From: a virus
Strand: one strand, 5' to 3'
DNA: 64,000 bases
IMG/VR virus record: IMGVR_UViG_3300023179_000016
Span: 1-64,000 of that record
Position numbers and translations under genes: made by a program. The first letter of the stretch is position 1; each line of letters opens with the position of its first letter. This document shows positions 40,974 through 51,061 of the stretch, piece after piece. The notes under the pieces are model-generated. The model saw nothing but the letters and a program-made list of their open reading frames with translations, made no database searches and was not told where the DNA came from.

Positions 40974-42875
40974 GTGAAAACACCATGGGGCGAATTGGGC
41001 TATATTACATTCAAAAGAACATATGCAAGAAAGTTAGTAGAAGATGATGCTAGCTCAAACACTGAAGAATTTGAAGATACGATAGAGAGAGTAGTCGAAT
41101 CTTGCAGATCGCAGCTAAAGGTTGGTTTTTCGGCAGAAGAGGAAGATAGATTAAGAAAATATCTTCTAGGTCTAAAGGGAATGGTTGCCGGTAGATTTCT
41201 ATGGCAATTAGGATCAAAAACAGTCGATAGACACGGTCTCGCGTCTCTGCAGAATTGCGCCGTCACTGCTGTAGACCATCCAATCAGACCGTTTGTTTGG
41301 GCATTCGATATGCTAATGCTCGGTTCTGGGGTTGGATACAACATACAAAGAGAGTATGTGTACAAGATGCCGCCCACACTAAATAAAGACGTGAGTGTAA
41401 CGCGAAAAGACACTAAAGATGCAGATTTCATTGTGCCGGATTCCAGAGAGGGTTGGACAGAACTTTTAGATAGAGTACTGAGAGCATTTTTCTATACTGG
41501 TAAGAGCTTTACATACTCAACGATGTTAGTGAGAGGCAGAGGTGCATCGATCAAAGGTTTTGGCGGAGTTGCTTCTGGTCCAGAAGAATTGTGCTGGGGA
41601 ATAGAGAAAATTGCGGAGATAATTAAACTCAGAAGAGGAAAACAACTTAGGCCAATAGATTGTCTAGACATCATGAACATAATCGGATATATAGTGGTAT
41701 CCGGAAATGTCAGAAGATCTGCGCAGATAGCGATAGGCGACATGGACGATTTACAGTTCTTGAACGCAAAGAGATGGGATTTAGGAAATGTTCCTAACTG
41801 GAGAGCGATGTCCAATAACTCTATTGTCTGTAATGACATGAACCTTCTTCCTGAGCAATTTTGGCAGGGCTATATAGGCAATGGGGAACCATATGGTCTT
41901 ATAAATCTAAAGTTAGCTAGAAATTGCGGCAGACTTTTAGATGGAGAAAAATATCCAGATAAAAATATTGTTGGCTTCAATCCGTGCGCAGAGCAATCCC
42001 TGGAAGATAAGGAGACCTGCTGTCTTGCAGAGATATTCCTTCCAAATATTGCCAATAAGAGTGAACTAATGGACGTCGCATCAATGCTTTACAGAATAAA
42101 TAAGCACTCCCTTAGATTGAGGTGCCACCATGAAGATACAGAATCTGTGGTGCACAAAAACATGAGGATGGGTATTGGGGTCACTGGATATCTTCAAGCC
42201 ACAGAAGAACAACGTTCTTGGCTCTCTGAAACTTATGAATTTCTTAGAAAATTCGACGATGAATATTCTAGATCAAAAGGTTGGCCTAAGTCGATCAAAT
42301 TAACTACTACTAAGCCCAGTGGAACATTAAGTCTATTGGCTGGAGTTACTCCCGGTGTTCATCCAGGCATATATCAGTATTTTATAAGAAGAATACGTAT
42401 GTCGTCCGATTCTCCACTGGTTCAAGTATGTAAAGATCATGGATACAAGATAGAGTTTCAAAGAAACTTTGATAGGACAGAAGACAAGAATACCGTGGTA
42501 GTAGAGTTTCCATGCTCTTACCCTGTCGGAACAATTCTAGCAAAAGATGTATCCGCTATATCTCAACTTAATTGGGTCAAAAGACTTCAGACAGAATGGA
42601 GTGACAATGCTGTATCGTGTACGGTGTATTATCGCAAAGAAGAGCTACCAGAAATAAGGGAATGGCTTAAAACAAACTACAATGACAATATTAAAACTTG
42701 CAGTTTTTTATTACACAGCGATCACGGTTTTGATCAAGCCCCATATGAAGAAATTTCCAAAGAGCAATATGAATCGCTTAAGAATAAGACGATACCAATA
42801 TCTAGTATGCAACTTGGGTACGTTGAATTCTTAGATTCGATGGAGTGTGCTTCTGGGGTCTGCCCCGTAAAGTAA
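40974..42875 (+). CDS. nrdJ: Class II (B12-dependent) ribonucleotide reductase
   Basis: LQNC, GNVRRSA, NPCAEQ, CCLAE, KPSGT, C-terminal CASGVCP; no beta-subunit gene nearby. Confidence 0.9.
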   Translation: MKTPWGELGYITFKRTYARKLVEDDASSNTEEFEDTIERVVESCRSQLKVGFSAEEEDRLRKYLLGLKGMVAGRFLWQLGSKTVDRHGLASLQNCAVTAVDHPIRPFVWAFDMLMLGSGVGYNIQREYVYKMPPTLNKDVSVTRKDTKDADFIVPDSREGWTELLDRVLRAFFYTGKSFTYSTMLVRGRGASIKGFGGVASGPEELCWGIEKIAEIIKLRRGKQLRPIDCLDIMNIIGYIVVSGNVRRSAQIAIGDMDDLQFLNAKRWDLGNVPNWRAMSNNSIVCNDMNLLPEQFWQGYIGNGEPYGLINLKLARNCGRLLDGEKYPDKNIVGFNPCAEQSLEDKETCCLAEIFLPNIANKSELMDVASMLYRINKHSLRLRCHHEDTESVVHKNMRMGIGVTGYLQATEEQRSWLSETYEFLRKFDDEYSRSKGWPKSIKLTTTKPSGTLSLLAGVTPGVHPGIYQYFIRRIRMSSDSPLVQVCKDHGYKIEFQRNFDRTEDKNTVVVEFPCSYPVGTILAKDVSAISQLNWVKRLQTEWSDNAVSCTVYYRKEELPEIREWLKTNYNDNIKTCSFLLHSDHGFDQAPYEEISKEQYESLKNKTIPISSMQLGYVEFLDSMECASGVCPVK

Positions 42876-42894
42876 TCATGCAACTGTAGCAGTG

Positions 42895-43323
42895 TCAGCC
42901 CGCGGGAACGTTCTTGCGGGCTGACTTTGCTAACTTATCACATGCCTCGTTATTCAAATCACCTGAGTGACTTTTGACCCATGTAGTCTGTAAATTTAAT
43001 TTAGAACTAAGCTCTTTCAATTCAAGATATAGAGTTATCAAATGTTGCGCCTTACACGAATAAGTGCCATCTGCGTAACCTAATACAAGTTTAGAATCAC
43101 TGATAAGTGAATATGTTTTCTTGTCAGAAAGATTCTTGCATATCTCTAATGCCTTTTTTAAACCTTCAATTGCGCCACGTAGTTCAGCAGAGTTATTTGT
43201 TGCATCTTTTATGTGCCCAGAATCTTCTGCAACTAATTTACCGTCTATTAATATTCTATATGCCCATCCGCCATTCTTAGTCTGCGTATTTCCAGATCCG
43301 TCAGAGTATATATCTACATCCAT
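42895..43323 (-). CDS. rnhA: Ribonuclease HI
   Basis: IYSDGS, GGW, TNN.AEL, SDS, WVKSHSG..NEACDKLA. Confidence 0.9.
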   Translation of the reverse strand: MDVDIYSDGSGNTQTKNGGWAYRILIDGKLVAEDSGHIKDATNNSAELRGAIEGLKKALEICKNLSDKKTYSLISDSKLVLGYADGTYSCKAQHLITLYLELKELSSKLNLQTTWVKSHSGDLNNEACDKLAKSARKNVPAG

Positions 43324-43349
43324 AGTATAATTTATACGAGGTAAATAAA

Positions 43350-43652
43350 ATGCCAATGAGCCCAGGTGGACTAAAGTCCAAGATAAAAGAGACTATATAT
43401 AACGGATTAAAGACGCAATTTGGTCCGGCTGCTAGCAAGGGAGATGGTTATGATAGTGAGGCCAATGCCCAATGGCAAAAGATGGCAGAGGCCATATCTG
43501 GCATAGCTGCCGACATAATAGATGAGATCACTAGCAATGCCCAAGTTGAACCAGGAATATCCATTACCGGCATAGCTAATACCATTGGCGGTCCTTCATC
43601 TCAGACTGGACCAGTCTCAGGCTCTACCAGTTCACCTGGTAAGATTTCTTAG
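43350..43652 (+). CDS. Probable small virion protein
   Basis: TAGTATAAT promoter plus SD; Gly/Ser/Thr-rich C-terminus. Confidence 0.5.
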   Translation: MPMSPGGLKSKIKETIYNGLKTQFGPAASKGDGYDSEANAQWQKMAEAISGIAADIIDEITSNAQVEPGISITGIANTIGGPSSQTGPVSGSTSSPGKIS

Positions 43653-43945
43653 CTTTTCGTTGAGACTTCGCTGACCTCTTGTCTGGAGAATCTTGGCACC
43701 CAAGTGGATTCAGCAGAATATACTTCTATAGTGCGCGTCACCTCGATGGCTTTACCCGTATATAGAGTTTTTGCCTGACTGACGGACGAGAGTCTAAGAC
43801 AGCCAACCATAACACCTTCGCCTGGATTTTCCTCTACGATTTCGACGGTAAGAACCGCTTTTTCAGCATCTTCGCCGCCAACTCTAGAATAATCATATTT
43901 CATCTCTTTCAGAGACTCCAGGAGCGAAAGAAAATCAATCTTCAT
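43649..43945 (-). CDS. Hypothetical protein
   Basis: Operon ORF. Confidence 0.55.
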   Translation of the reverse strand: MKIDFLSLLESLKEMKYDYSRVGGEDAEKAVLTVEIVEENPGEGVMVGCLRLSSVSQAKTLYTGKAIEVTRTIEVYSAESTWVPRFSRQEVSEVSTKS

Positions 43946-43946
43946 A

Positions 43947-44162
43947 TCAACGAACCTTTCTCTCGAGGTTTGATCGACTTTTTTCTGCGTACTCTATGAA
44001 ATCTTCAATGTGTCTCATGAGAGAGGTCGCTTTCTTTTCTCCTAGAGATACCAGTGGATATTGGCCAATTTTATTGTCGCTATCATCCACTTCCCAGACT
44101 GAAAAAACATTTGAACCCTTAAAAGATTCAACAAATACTTTAGATTTCATCTTGTCCTCCAA
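43947..44162 (-). CDS. Hypothetical protein
   Basis: Promoter motif at 44171-44184; SD GGAGG (start may be 44150). Confidence 0.55.
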   Translation of the reverse strand: MEDKMKSKVFVESFKGSNVFSVWEVDDSDNKIGQYPLVSLGEKKATSLMRHIEDFIEYAEKSRSNLERKVR

Positions 44163-44514
44163 TATTGGAGATATTATATTCGGGAGGTAGTTCGCCCGTC
44201 AAGAATCTTTTGTCGACAGAAACAATGACATCCATGGCGTGATCGCACGCCATGTTTGCGTAGTGCTTACTTCTTAATAGAAATTCACGAAAATTATTTG
44301 AGTAAAGTAGGTCAGATAGGGCTCTTTGTCTTTGAATTTTAGCCTTTACAGTCAAAATATTGTCACCTTTTACAGGTAGACATCTTAGCATTGTTGCTTT
44401 ATATAGTGCAGAACTGCGCTCCGCAGCTATGTTTGCGGAAACATATTTCAATGTGGAAAGCATCAATCTTTTAATTAGAGTTATTGCATCGATTGCTTGG
44501 TCTGAAGAGTTCAT
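44140..44514 (-). CDS. Hypothetical protein
   Basis: Operon ORF. Confidence 0.45.
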   Translation of the reverse strand: MNSSDQAIDAITLIKRLMLSTLKYVSANIAAERSSALYKATMLRCLPVKGDNILTVKAKIQRQRALSDLLYSNNFREFLLRSKHYANMACDHAMDVIVSVDKRFLTGELPPEYNISNIGGQDEI

Positions 44515-44983
44515 CTAAATACTCTTTTCTCTTGTTCTTGTACTGTAGTGTAGTTAATATGCGCGGACTCATTATAGATATCGGCACATTTTCTTCTTCT
44601 ACCTCGCAATGATGCCTACCAAGAACGCAATGAGCAAGTTCGTGAAACACCAACATCTCTTTTTCTTCCGGCGACATTGGATACCACGTGTCTGTTTTTA
44701 TCCTGATGTAGGACTTGCGGAAGTTGGCATAGCAAGCACCGATAGTATCTGGATCATCATCAACCAGATCAAATATTAGTGTAATATTTTTGGTATCTAT
44801 CTTTAGACCTCTAATCTCTGCTTCCTCTTTAAAGAGAAGTACCAGCGGTCTAAATTGCGAATCAACATATGGATCTATATCGCTTTCTACGATAAAAGTA
44901 TTTACCATTGAGCAGCCGGCCAACAATATCGATAGAAAACTTAGCCTCTTTGTTAGGTCCAACTTATGAGATAATTTAGTCAT
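44471..44983 (-). CDS. Zincin metallopeptidase-like lipoprotein
   Basis: LAGC lipobox; HELAHCVLGRHH; SIM Met-turn. Confidence 0.75.
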   Translation of the reverse strand: MTKLSHKLDLTKRLSFLSILLAGCSMVNTFIVESDIDPYVDSQFRPLVLLFKEEAEIRGLKIDTKNITLIFDLVDDDPDTIGACYANFRKSYIRIKTDTWYPMSPEEKEMLVFHELAHCVLGRHHCEVEEENVPISIMSPRILTTLQYKNKRKEYLDELFRPSNRCNNSN

Positions 44984-45162
44984 GGTAATCTGCTCCGAGT
45001 GTCATATTGCTGTTCTTAGACCGCACGAGGAGCTCGTCTGGTGGTTAAAATGCCCAACGTGTGGATTCTGCTGCTTTGCCATAGAGTCAATGCACCCGTC
45101 GCGAAGAGAATTTGCATTAAAAAATCCGTACATTAGATGGGACCATCACTTAACCAATAAGA

Positions 45163-45615
45163 TTAAAATTGAAGAGTAATTCCGGTCTCTGCGACTTCTC
45201 TATTCCACTTTATGTAGTGATTTACAGATTTATTAAGTGGATTTTTAAAAGTACTTTGATAATGTTTTTTGATTGCTATGGTATACAATCCGCCTACAAC
45301 AATCAAGAAATGATCTTTATTGATGGGTGTATCATCTAGTAAAGAATAAGCCTTGTTCTCCAAAAAAGAGATCTTATTATTCACTGCACGCTTCAATGTT
45401 TCATAGCTGTGCTGAGCCCCTGTCTGTATAAAAAATGCTCTTTGCGCTGCAATAAAGGCGGTTCTATCTATAGAGCTAGATATCGGCAACATAGATTCAA
45501 GCGGCGGAACAACATCAAACGATAGAGCTTTAGTCGGAGACATTACGACTATCGCAATCAAGATAATGAATATGATTGTGTCAATAGTCGTCTTCAAACG
45601 AGGCACCATCATCAT
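45163..45615 (-). CDS. Secreted / membrane hypothetical protein
   Basis: Signal-like N-terminus; C-terminal Phe. Confidence 0.5.
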   Translation of the reverse strand: MMMVPRLKTTIDTIIFIILIAIVVMSPTKALSFDVVPPLESMLPISSSIDRTAFIAAQRAFFIQTGAQHSYETLKRAVNNKISFLENKAYSLLDDTPINKDHFLIVVGGLYTIAIKKHYQSTFKNPLNKSVNHYIKWNREVAETGITLQF

Positions 45616-45810
45616 ATTCTCTGTGAGATCTATAGTTTTCTATTTCGTGGCACACGCAAAGTTCATTGGACGCGCCGCAGTCATCACAAAAGCGAAGAGA
45701 TATTTCGTCTATGGTTTTCAAGTGCTGGTTGTCTATTATAGACAATGCGTTTAAAACCCATACAACTTCACCAACTAAACTAGTAGTGTATTGATCTTCA
45801 AATAGATCGG

Positions 45811-46134
45811 TCACGTCATTTTACCTTTAGCGTTTGAACCATTTACAGTAAGGAGGCAGCGATCGCTGCCCTTAGTTTTATAAGTAACCTTACCATTGTT
45901 GCCAAGATTTGATGTCTTGCTTCTAAGTTTAGTGGCATTGATTATGTAATTGGTCAATCCCGGATCACTGTTGATCTGGATAGAGCAACCCGTCTTGTGA
46001 TCGTAAATCATATTGCCTGTAAATCTTACGGCGTCATCTTCTGCACAGTCTGAGCAATGCGTAAGTTTGCCGGGCTTGCCACGGCGCAAATCAATATTAT
46101 ATTCCATGTCGCACAGTTCACATTTTTTCTGCAT
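45811..46134 (-). CDS. Zn-ribbon protein
   Basis: CELC...CSDC; promoter motif at 46151-46161. Confidence 0.6.
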   Translation of the reverse strand: MQKKCELCDMEYNIDLRRGKPGKLTHCSDCAEDDAVRFTGNMIYDHKTGCSIQINSDPGLTNYIINATKLRSKTSNLGNNGKVTYKTKGSDRCLLTVNGSNAKGKMT

Positions 46135-46165
46135 ACAACCTCGAGAGGTTTATATATTCGGTATA

Positions 46166-46819
46166 TTATTTAAGCAATTTAGATATTTCTAGATCCAGAC
46201 GGTGCTGAACAGCTAACTCGTCTATTTTAGATCTATTTATGTCTTTGCTTATATCTCTATTTATGCCGCCTTTAGGCTTATCATCTAGTCTAAAGCAGAT
46301 ATAGTACGCGTATCCGTTATCCCAAACGATAAAGGCATTAATCTTTTTAAGTAAGAAAAGAATCCGATTGTGATACTTTTTTGTAAGTTTATATGTCTCT
46401 AGCTTACATTTGACATATTTTTTTTCTGCTCTAAGGGCCTTCTTAAGCAAGAATTGCACGCCTAGTTTCAGATGTTTTACAGGGACTTTGGAAGAAATAT
46501 TAGATCTATAATTGTCAGATTTAAGAATTGCAGTGAGTCTATCGATATCTTTCTTCGACAGGGAAGAACCAGTAGAATTATTTAGCTCTAAAAAAGCTTT
46601 TAAGTTATTTGCTGCAGTTTCGTAATAGTACATCGAATATCGGGCCTTCGAGCGCCGATTATTTATCTCGTTCCTAAGCGAAAGGATATAGCAAATTTCT
46701 TTTATTAGAGAAAAATCTTCCATCGCACTACTTGCGCTGTTGCTCCAGCAGTTGCTTGATTCTGGATAAGGAGTATTCGGTGTATGACATTGGGGCTTGT
46801 CGTCCGCCGTCAACTGCAT
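46166..46819 (-). CDS. Hypothetical protein (start probably near 46723)
   Basis: Long ORF in the operon. Confidence 0.5.
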   Translation of the reverse strand: MQLTADDKPQCHTPNTPYPESSNCWSNSASSAMEDFSLIKEICYILSLRNEINNRRSKARYSMYYYETAANNLKAFLELNNSTGSSLSKKDIDRLTAILKSDNYRSNISSKVPVKHLKLGVQFLLKKALRAEKKYVKCKLETYKLTKKYHNRILFLLKKINAFIVWDNGYAYYICFRLDDKPKGGINRDISKDINRSKIDELAVQHRLDLEISKLLK

Positions 46820-47120
46820 TCAACAGCGGCTTGAACAAGCAGAACACGCCAATGTTAAAGGTGATAGCTGCTAAAAGAGCAGAAGTCTTTTCAGTGAACG
46901 GCAGAGTGATATTTGACGTAATGACCAATGAGCTCAACGCAACGAGACACACACCAAGTAGTACGTAGGGCATGGTGGATCTCTTACGTGGCTGAACAGC
47001 CTCTGTTCTTCTATCGTTATCTATCATGATGTTGGTCCTTACCTTTTTTCGTTTTTTTGTAGAGACAGTCTTCTTTTTAAGAGTTCGACGCATTATTTGC
47101 TCCTCACGAGTGCTTTGCAC
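46728..47120 (-). CDS. Membrane protein (2 TM)
   Basis: Basic N-terminus followed by two hydrophobic helices. Confidence 0.55.
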   Translation of the reverse strand: MQSTREEQIMRRTLKKKTVSTKKRKKVRTNIMIDNDRRTEAVQPRKRSTMPYVLLGVCLVALSSLVITSNITLPFTEKTSALLAAITFNIGVFCLFKPLLNAVDGGRQAPMSYTEYSLSRIKQLLEQQRK

Positions 47121-47338
47121 TTGACATATTCGACCACATCAAATTTGAGACTTCTATACGCGACTATGAACAGTGTTAATCCAGAGGTTACAGACATCAA
47201 CCAAGTGACAGGAAACAGTCTGGTCGCATTCATGGACATTAGCAGCATATATGTCAATACATTTAGTGACATCCAGGCGCCAAAGCCGCACATAGCTAGC
47301 CAGCAAAAAATAAAAAGTTTTAGCAGAACGCGCATCAA
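47093..47338 (-). CDS. Small membrane protein
   Basis: Two hydrophobic helices. Confidence 0.55.
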   Translation of the reverse strand: MMRVLLKLFIFCWLAMCGFGAWMSLNVLTYMLLMSMNATRLFPVTWLMSVTSGLTLFIVAYRSLKFDVVEYVKCKALVRSK

Positions 47339-47829
47339 TCCACCTTCCTCAAGTCTGGAGAGATTAGCTCTGAAAAATAATAGTTCTCCAGAGGTTTATA
47401 GAAGTCACCATAAAAAATGCTCGGATACATGAAGCTTGAAGGTACCTTGTATGTTAGATTTTGTTTTTTGTACGACATCTTATCGGTCGTATGATCTCTA
47501 TTGAGGTGACAATGTCCAATTTCGTGGAAGATGGCGCTTACTTTTTGATCTTCCGTGACATTTGGATCGTTCCAATAAGTCGGATCTACGTAGATGTACT
47601 TGTCTTGGCCATTTCTATCTGACCAGATAACACAGAGACCAATTACGGGTTTCTGCATATCCTTGAATTCAAAGTCAATATCTGACACCTTGCTGCCGCT
47701 CATTGCCTCAAATTTGGCTACATATGGTACAAATTCTGGCTGTATCTTGCCTATCTTGACGGAATGGACTTCCGGGGCACAAGAGGTAGATAGCGCAGTA
47801 ATCATGATGGTGGCAATTTTATTCTTCAT
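47335..47829 (-). CDS. Zincin metallopeptidase-like lipoprotein (paralogue of 44471-44983)
   Basis: STSC lipobox-like site; IGLC; HEIGHCHLNRDH; SFM Met-turn. Confidence 0.75.
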   Translation of the reverse strand: MKNKIATIMITALSTSCAPEVHSVKIGKIQPEFVPYVAKFEAMSGSKVSDIDFEFKDMQKPVIGLCVIWSDRNGQDKYIYVDPTYWNDPNVTEDQKVSAIFHEIGHCHLNRDHTTDKMSYKKQNLTYKVPSSFMYPSIFYGDFYKPLENYYFSELISPDLRKVD

Positions 47830-48359
47830 TTGAAGAGATCAACCGAAGTTTAGGTTTGACGACCACAGGCTCCGTATAATTACCAATATCTAGTGTGTCA
47901 AGAGACATGATGGCATAGATTTTACCATCGAGAACGACAAAATCAATATGTCCAAAAATGCACTCCATTATGCGTTGCCCTTTATCTTGTCAGATGATTT
48001 AATATCGGATTCTAGCTCTTCTAGTTGCGAATCCAGCCTCAGCGCCTGCTCTAAAAACATGTCCTTTATGACGCCATTGGACCTTTTAGCTGCCCTCATT
48101 GAGACCTTGATCAACAACTTGACGAAGTCCATTTTTTTCTGTTTAGATTTCAACAGTTTTTTCTTAGAGATTTTTTTTGCCATCTTAGCACTGTTTGACA
48201 TCGCATTTCTTACAGAAGAGATAAATATCTGTAAAACCGACATACTCGGTCCAATCGTGGATACAAGACTTTATATCTAACTCCAACGACGACGATTCCA
48301 AATCTAACTCAAAAACATATTGATTTTGGTCGTTATCCATAGAGGTATGTATATTCGGA

Positions 48360-48722
48360 TTAAGCGACATCTATCGCTGTATAGCCGCCATCTACAGTGT
48401 AGAATATCGTGTTTATGCCTGCCTTCTTCAAGGCAAGCATGCAGGTAGAACATGGTCTTGCTAAGGCAAGTTTGCCATCTTTGTGCTCTCTAAAAATATA
48501 TGCATCACAGTCTTTAGTGAGATCAAAATCTAAGCCTATCAGGGCATCCACCTCGGCATGAAGGGTGTTATATGATGCATTAGATTTTGGATGAGTCTTA
48601 GTCATGTCGTTGAATCCGACATTTATGACTCTATTTTTTCTAACAATAACACACCCCAACTTGTATTTGGAGGTGCTCTTGCGAGCAATCTTTCTTGCTA
48701 GTTCAAAGTATTTGAGTTTCAT
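48360..48722 (-). CDS. Second cytidine/deoxycytidylate deaminase-family protein
   Basis: VGFN, LHAEVDA, ARPCSTC. Confidence 0.8.
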   Translation of the reverse strand: MKLKYFELARKIARKSTSKYKLGCVIVRKNRVINVGFNDMTKTHPKSNASYNTLHAEVDALIGLDFDLTKDCDAYIFREHKDGKLALARPCSTCMLALKKAGINTIFYTVDGGYTAIDVA

Positions 48723-48940
48723 TTTTGAAACTATGATTTTTGGCGCACCAAGCGCGCAGCTCTGGACCGTATATTAGAATAGACAAAGGTATGTCCCACG
48801 CCTCGAACCATGCCACCCCAGGCGTCAGCTTTAATTTACAAATAAAGTCTAATAGACCAAATTTTGTATTTGCGCTAATAGAGTCCACGCGGATAGGATC
48901 CGCAGTAGATGCGCATGGTTCGAGACGTGAATCACTCATG

Positions 48941-49432
48941 TTAGCTAGCGATGAATTTAGCAGCGAGTTCTGGCGGGAGAACAGAGTAATCGATTGTAGT
49001 GTTCATCTTATTTGTCTGAGAAATCTCAGCAGTCCTGTTGTCGATGTGGCCCTGAACCTCAGCGATCTCGCTGGGATCGGTGAGAGTGGAAAGAAGGGCA
49101 CGAAGCGCTTTTAGCTGAGGGTCAGAAGAACCCTTACGAGAACCAGGATTCTTTGCTGCATAAGATACGCCGCCGTTCAAGCGAGTATCTTTGCGGAGCC
49201 AATTTGACTGAAGACCGGAGACATACGCCCGCAGCTCAGAAGCGTTAAAACTCTTATCAAGAGCGATGTTTCCAGCAGAAAAACCTTCTACCAGAATTTG
49301 GTTAACCTGCAACCGCAGTTCACGAGTCATCATCGAGCTGATATTGTCGCCCTCAGATACCGTGATATTGTTCTCAGCCAGAACGTTCATAACTGCTGAA
49401 TAGACTGCTTCTTTTTGAGTTTGCTTAGACAT
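48941..49432 (-). CDS. QKEAV/NWLRKDxRLNGG paralogue family protein
   Basis: QKEAVY...YVSGLQSNWLRKDTRLNGG...DPQLKALRALL...IDYSVLPPELAAKF; SD AGGAG. Confidence 0.85.
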   Translation of the reverse strand: MSKQTQKEAVYSAVMNVLAENNITVSEGDNISSMMTRELRLQVNQILVEGFSAGNIALDKSFNASELRAYVSGLQSNWLRKDTRLNGGVSYAAKNPGSRKGSSDPQLKALRALLSTLTDPSEIAEVQGHIDNRTAEISQTNKMNTTIDYSVLPPELAAKFIAS

Positions 49433-49914
49433 ATTCTATCTCCTAAAATGTTAACCCGCATAAATCTTGCACGTGATAGCGGGCCAATATCACGTGCAAA
49501 TATGATTATTTTATACCCGATGATTCATTCAACGTTTTTGTTAGTTCCGCGAGAACATCATCAAGTTGTTCTTAAGAGTGAAGTCGTAAATATCTTTCAA
49601 AGTCTCTATAGATATCTTTCATGTCGTTGCCATAAACAAATTCAAACTTATTCAAGTCAGGTAGTTTGTCGAAAAGTTTTCTGGCCTCGTTTAATTTTGA
49701 ATTCATGGTAGCTGTTGTCAACAGCTTAAAAATATAGCCAACGTATATTTTTGGAACTACGGTCTGTTGCAAGCGCGTGTCCTAATGCATCGACATTGTT
49801 CTTCGTTATTGGTTTCGGAACATTTTTTAGGAGGAGCGCTAGTGCAAGCAGAAATTATCGTTAATAACGCATAGACCGCAAATAGTTTAGTTTTCATGCT
49901 GTTCTCGTTTTAAA

Positions 49915-49990
49915 TGGTGGGAGTGGTGGGATTCGAACCCACACTGAACAGGGTTTAAGTCTGTTGTCTCTGCCGTTGGACTACACTCCC
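49915..49990 (-). tRNA. tRNA-Leu (TAA), short variable loop
   Basis: GGGAGTG...ACAGA CT TAA AC CCTGT TCAGT GTGGG TTCGAAT CCCAC CACTCCC A CCA. Confidence 0.85.
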
Positions 49991-49997
49991 GTTTAAA

Positions 49998-50073
49998 TGG
50001 TGGGCGAGGTGGGAATTGAACCCACTACCAAAGGTTTATAAGACCCCTATGCAAACCGGTACACCTCTCGCCC
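49998..50073 (-). tRNA. tRNA-Ile (TAT)
   Basis: GGGCGAG...GGGGT CT TAT AA ACCTT...GTGGG TTCAATT CCCAC CTCGCCC A CCA. Confidence 0.8.
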
Positions 50074-50157
50074 ATACTAGATCTTTTCAGGTGTATGCAA
50101 TCGTCAGGGTCATCTCTTTGGCGTCTTAAATTTACTCCTCATTATATTTTCGGAAAA

Positions 50158-50235
50158 TGGCGACCCCGGCAGGGCTCGAACCTGCGACCCACAGCTTAGA
50201 AGGCTGTTGCTCTGATCCTACTGAGCTACGGGGTC
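50158..50235 (-). tRNA. tRNA-Arg (TCT)
   Basis: GACCCCG TAGCTCAG...ACAGC CT TCT AA GCTGT...GCAGG TTCGAGC CCTGC CGGGGTC G CCA. Confidence 0.92.
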
Positions 50236-50401
50236 GTTTAAAGTTGATCACAGAGTCTCTTCTTCGCCATCCGGGTGATACACGATAACTTCATATTCGC
50301 CAACTAATTCTTCTCCAAGTTCCAAAGCCTCGTCATGAGAGGGAACTTCTTTCTCGAAGACAAGATGACCGATTTCGTTATACGCAACCACCAGATACAT
50401 A

Positions 50402-50647
50402 TTATTCGAGTTCCGAGTAGATGAAATTACCGAGGACACCGAAATGCGCCATCGAATGGCCGAGCGATGTCATCATGTCGACTGCCAGATTTACCTCTTC
50501 GCGGAAATTTTGTTTTTCATCGAGAGATTTGATTCTACCAATTTGAATCCAACCGATGTTGTAGACTTCTTGCATGTTCGAGCACCAGACAACGTAGTCT
50601 GAGTTTTTCCAGCCAATGAGACCGTCGTTGGTCTTGATAAGTCTCAT
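50402..50647 (-). CDS. Hypothetical protein
   Basis: Coupled ORF. Confidence 0.55.
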   Translation of the reverse strand: MRLIKTNDGLIGWKNSDYVVWCSNMQEVYNIGWIQIGRIKSLDEKQNFREEVNLAVDMMTSLGHSMAHFGVLGNFIYSELE

Positions 50648-50848
50648 TTACTTGATACCGAAGCGGATCTTGATGCTGGTCGGAAGAGCCGAGAAGTCTG
50701 CAGGTTTTTTATCTGCATTAGAAGTCGATCGTGACCTAGTTCCCCTAGGAACCCTCCTGGTGGGAAGCTTGGTGATTTTTCCACCAGCTTCCAGAAAACT
50801 TGCGATCTCAGAAGACATTTGAACGCGAACAACAGTTTTACTCCTCAT
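50648..50848 (-). CDS. SutA-like RNAP-binding-motif protein with DFSALP tag
   Basis: EIASFLEAGGKITKLP; promoter motif at 50861-50876; SD GGAGG. Confidence 0.6.
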   Translation of the reverse strand: MRSKTVVRVQMSSEIASFLEAGGKITKLPTRRVPRGTRSRSTSNADKKPADFSALPTSIKIRFGIK

Positions 50849-51061
50849 ATATCCTCCACGAATATATATATTCGGAATCAGTCGTTATGCCCTCGGCCAC
50901 TCTTCGTAGTCAGTGTTCCAGATCTTCTCCATTATTGTGCCCATGTAGACATCGTACATGGAGATAATACCTTCGTCCATCAGGTCTGACAGTTCGTCGT
51001 ATGAATAGTCTTTTATGTTCTCCATGATTTCTAATCTAGAGAGCTTATTCTTGTCGGTCAT

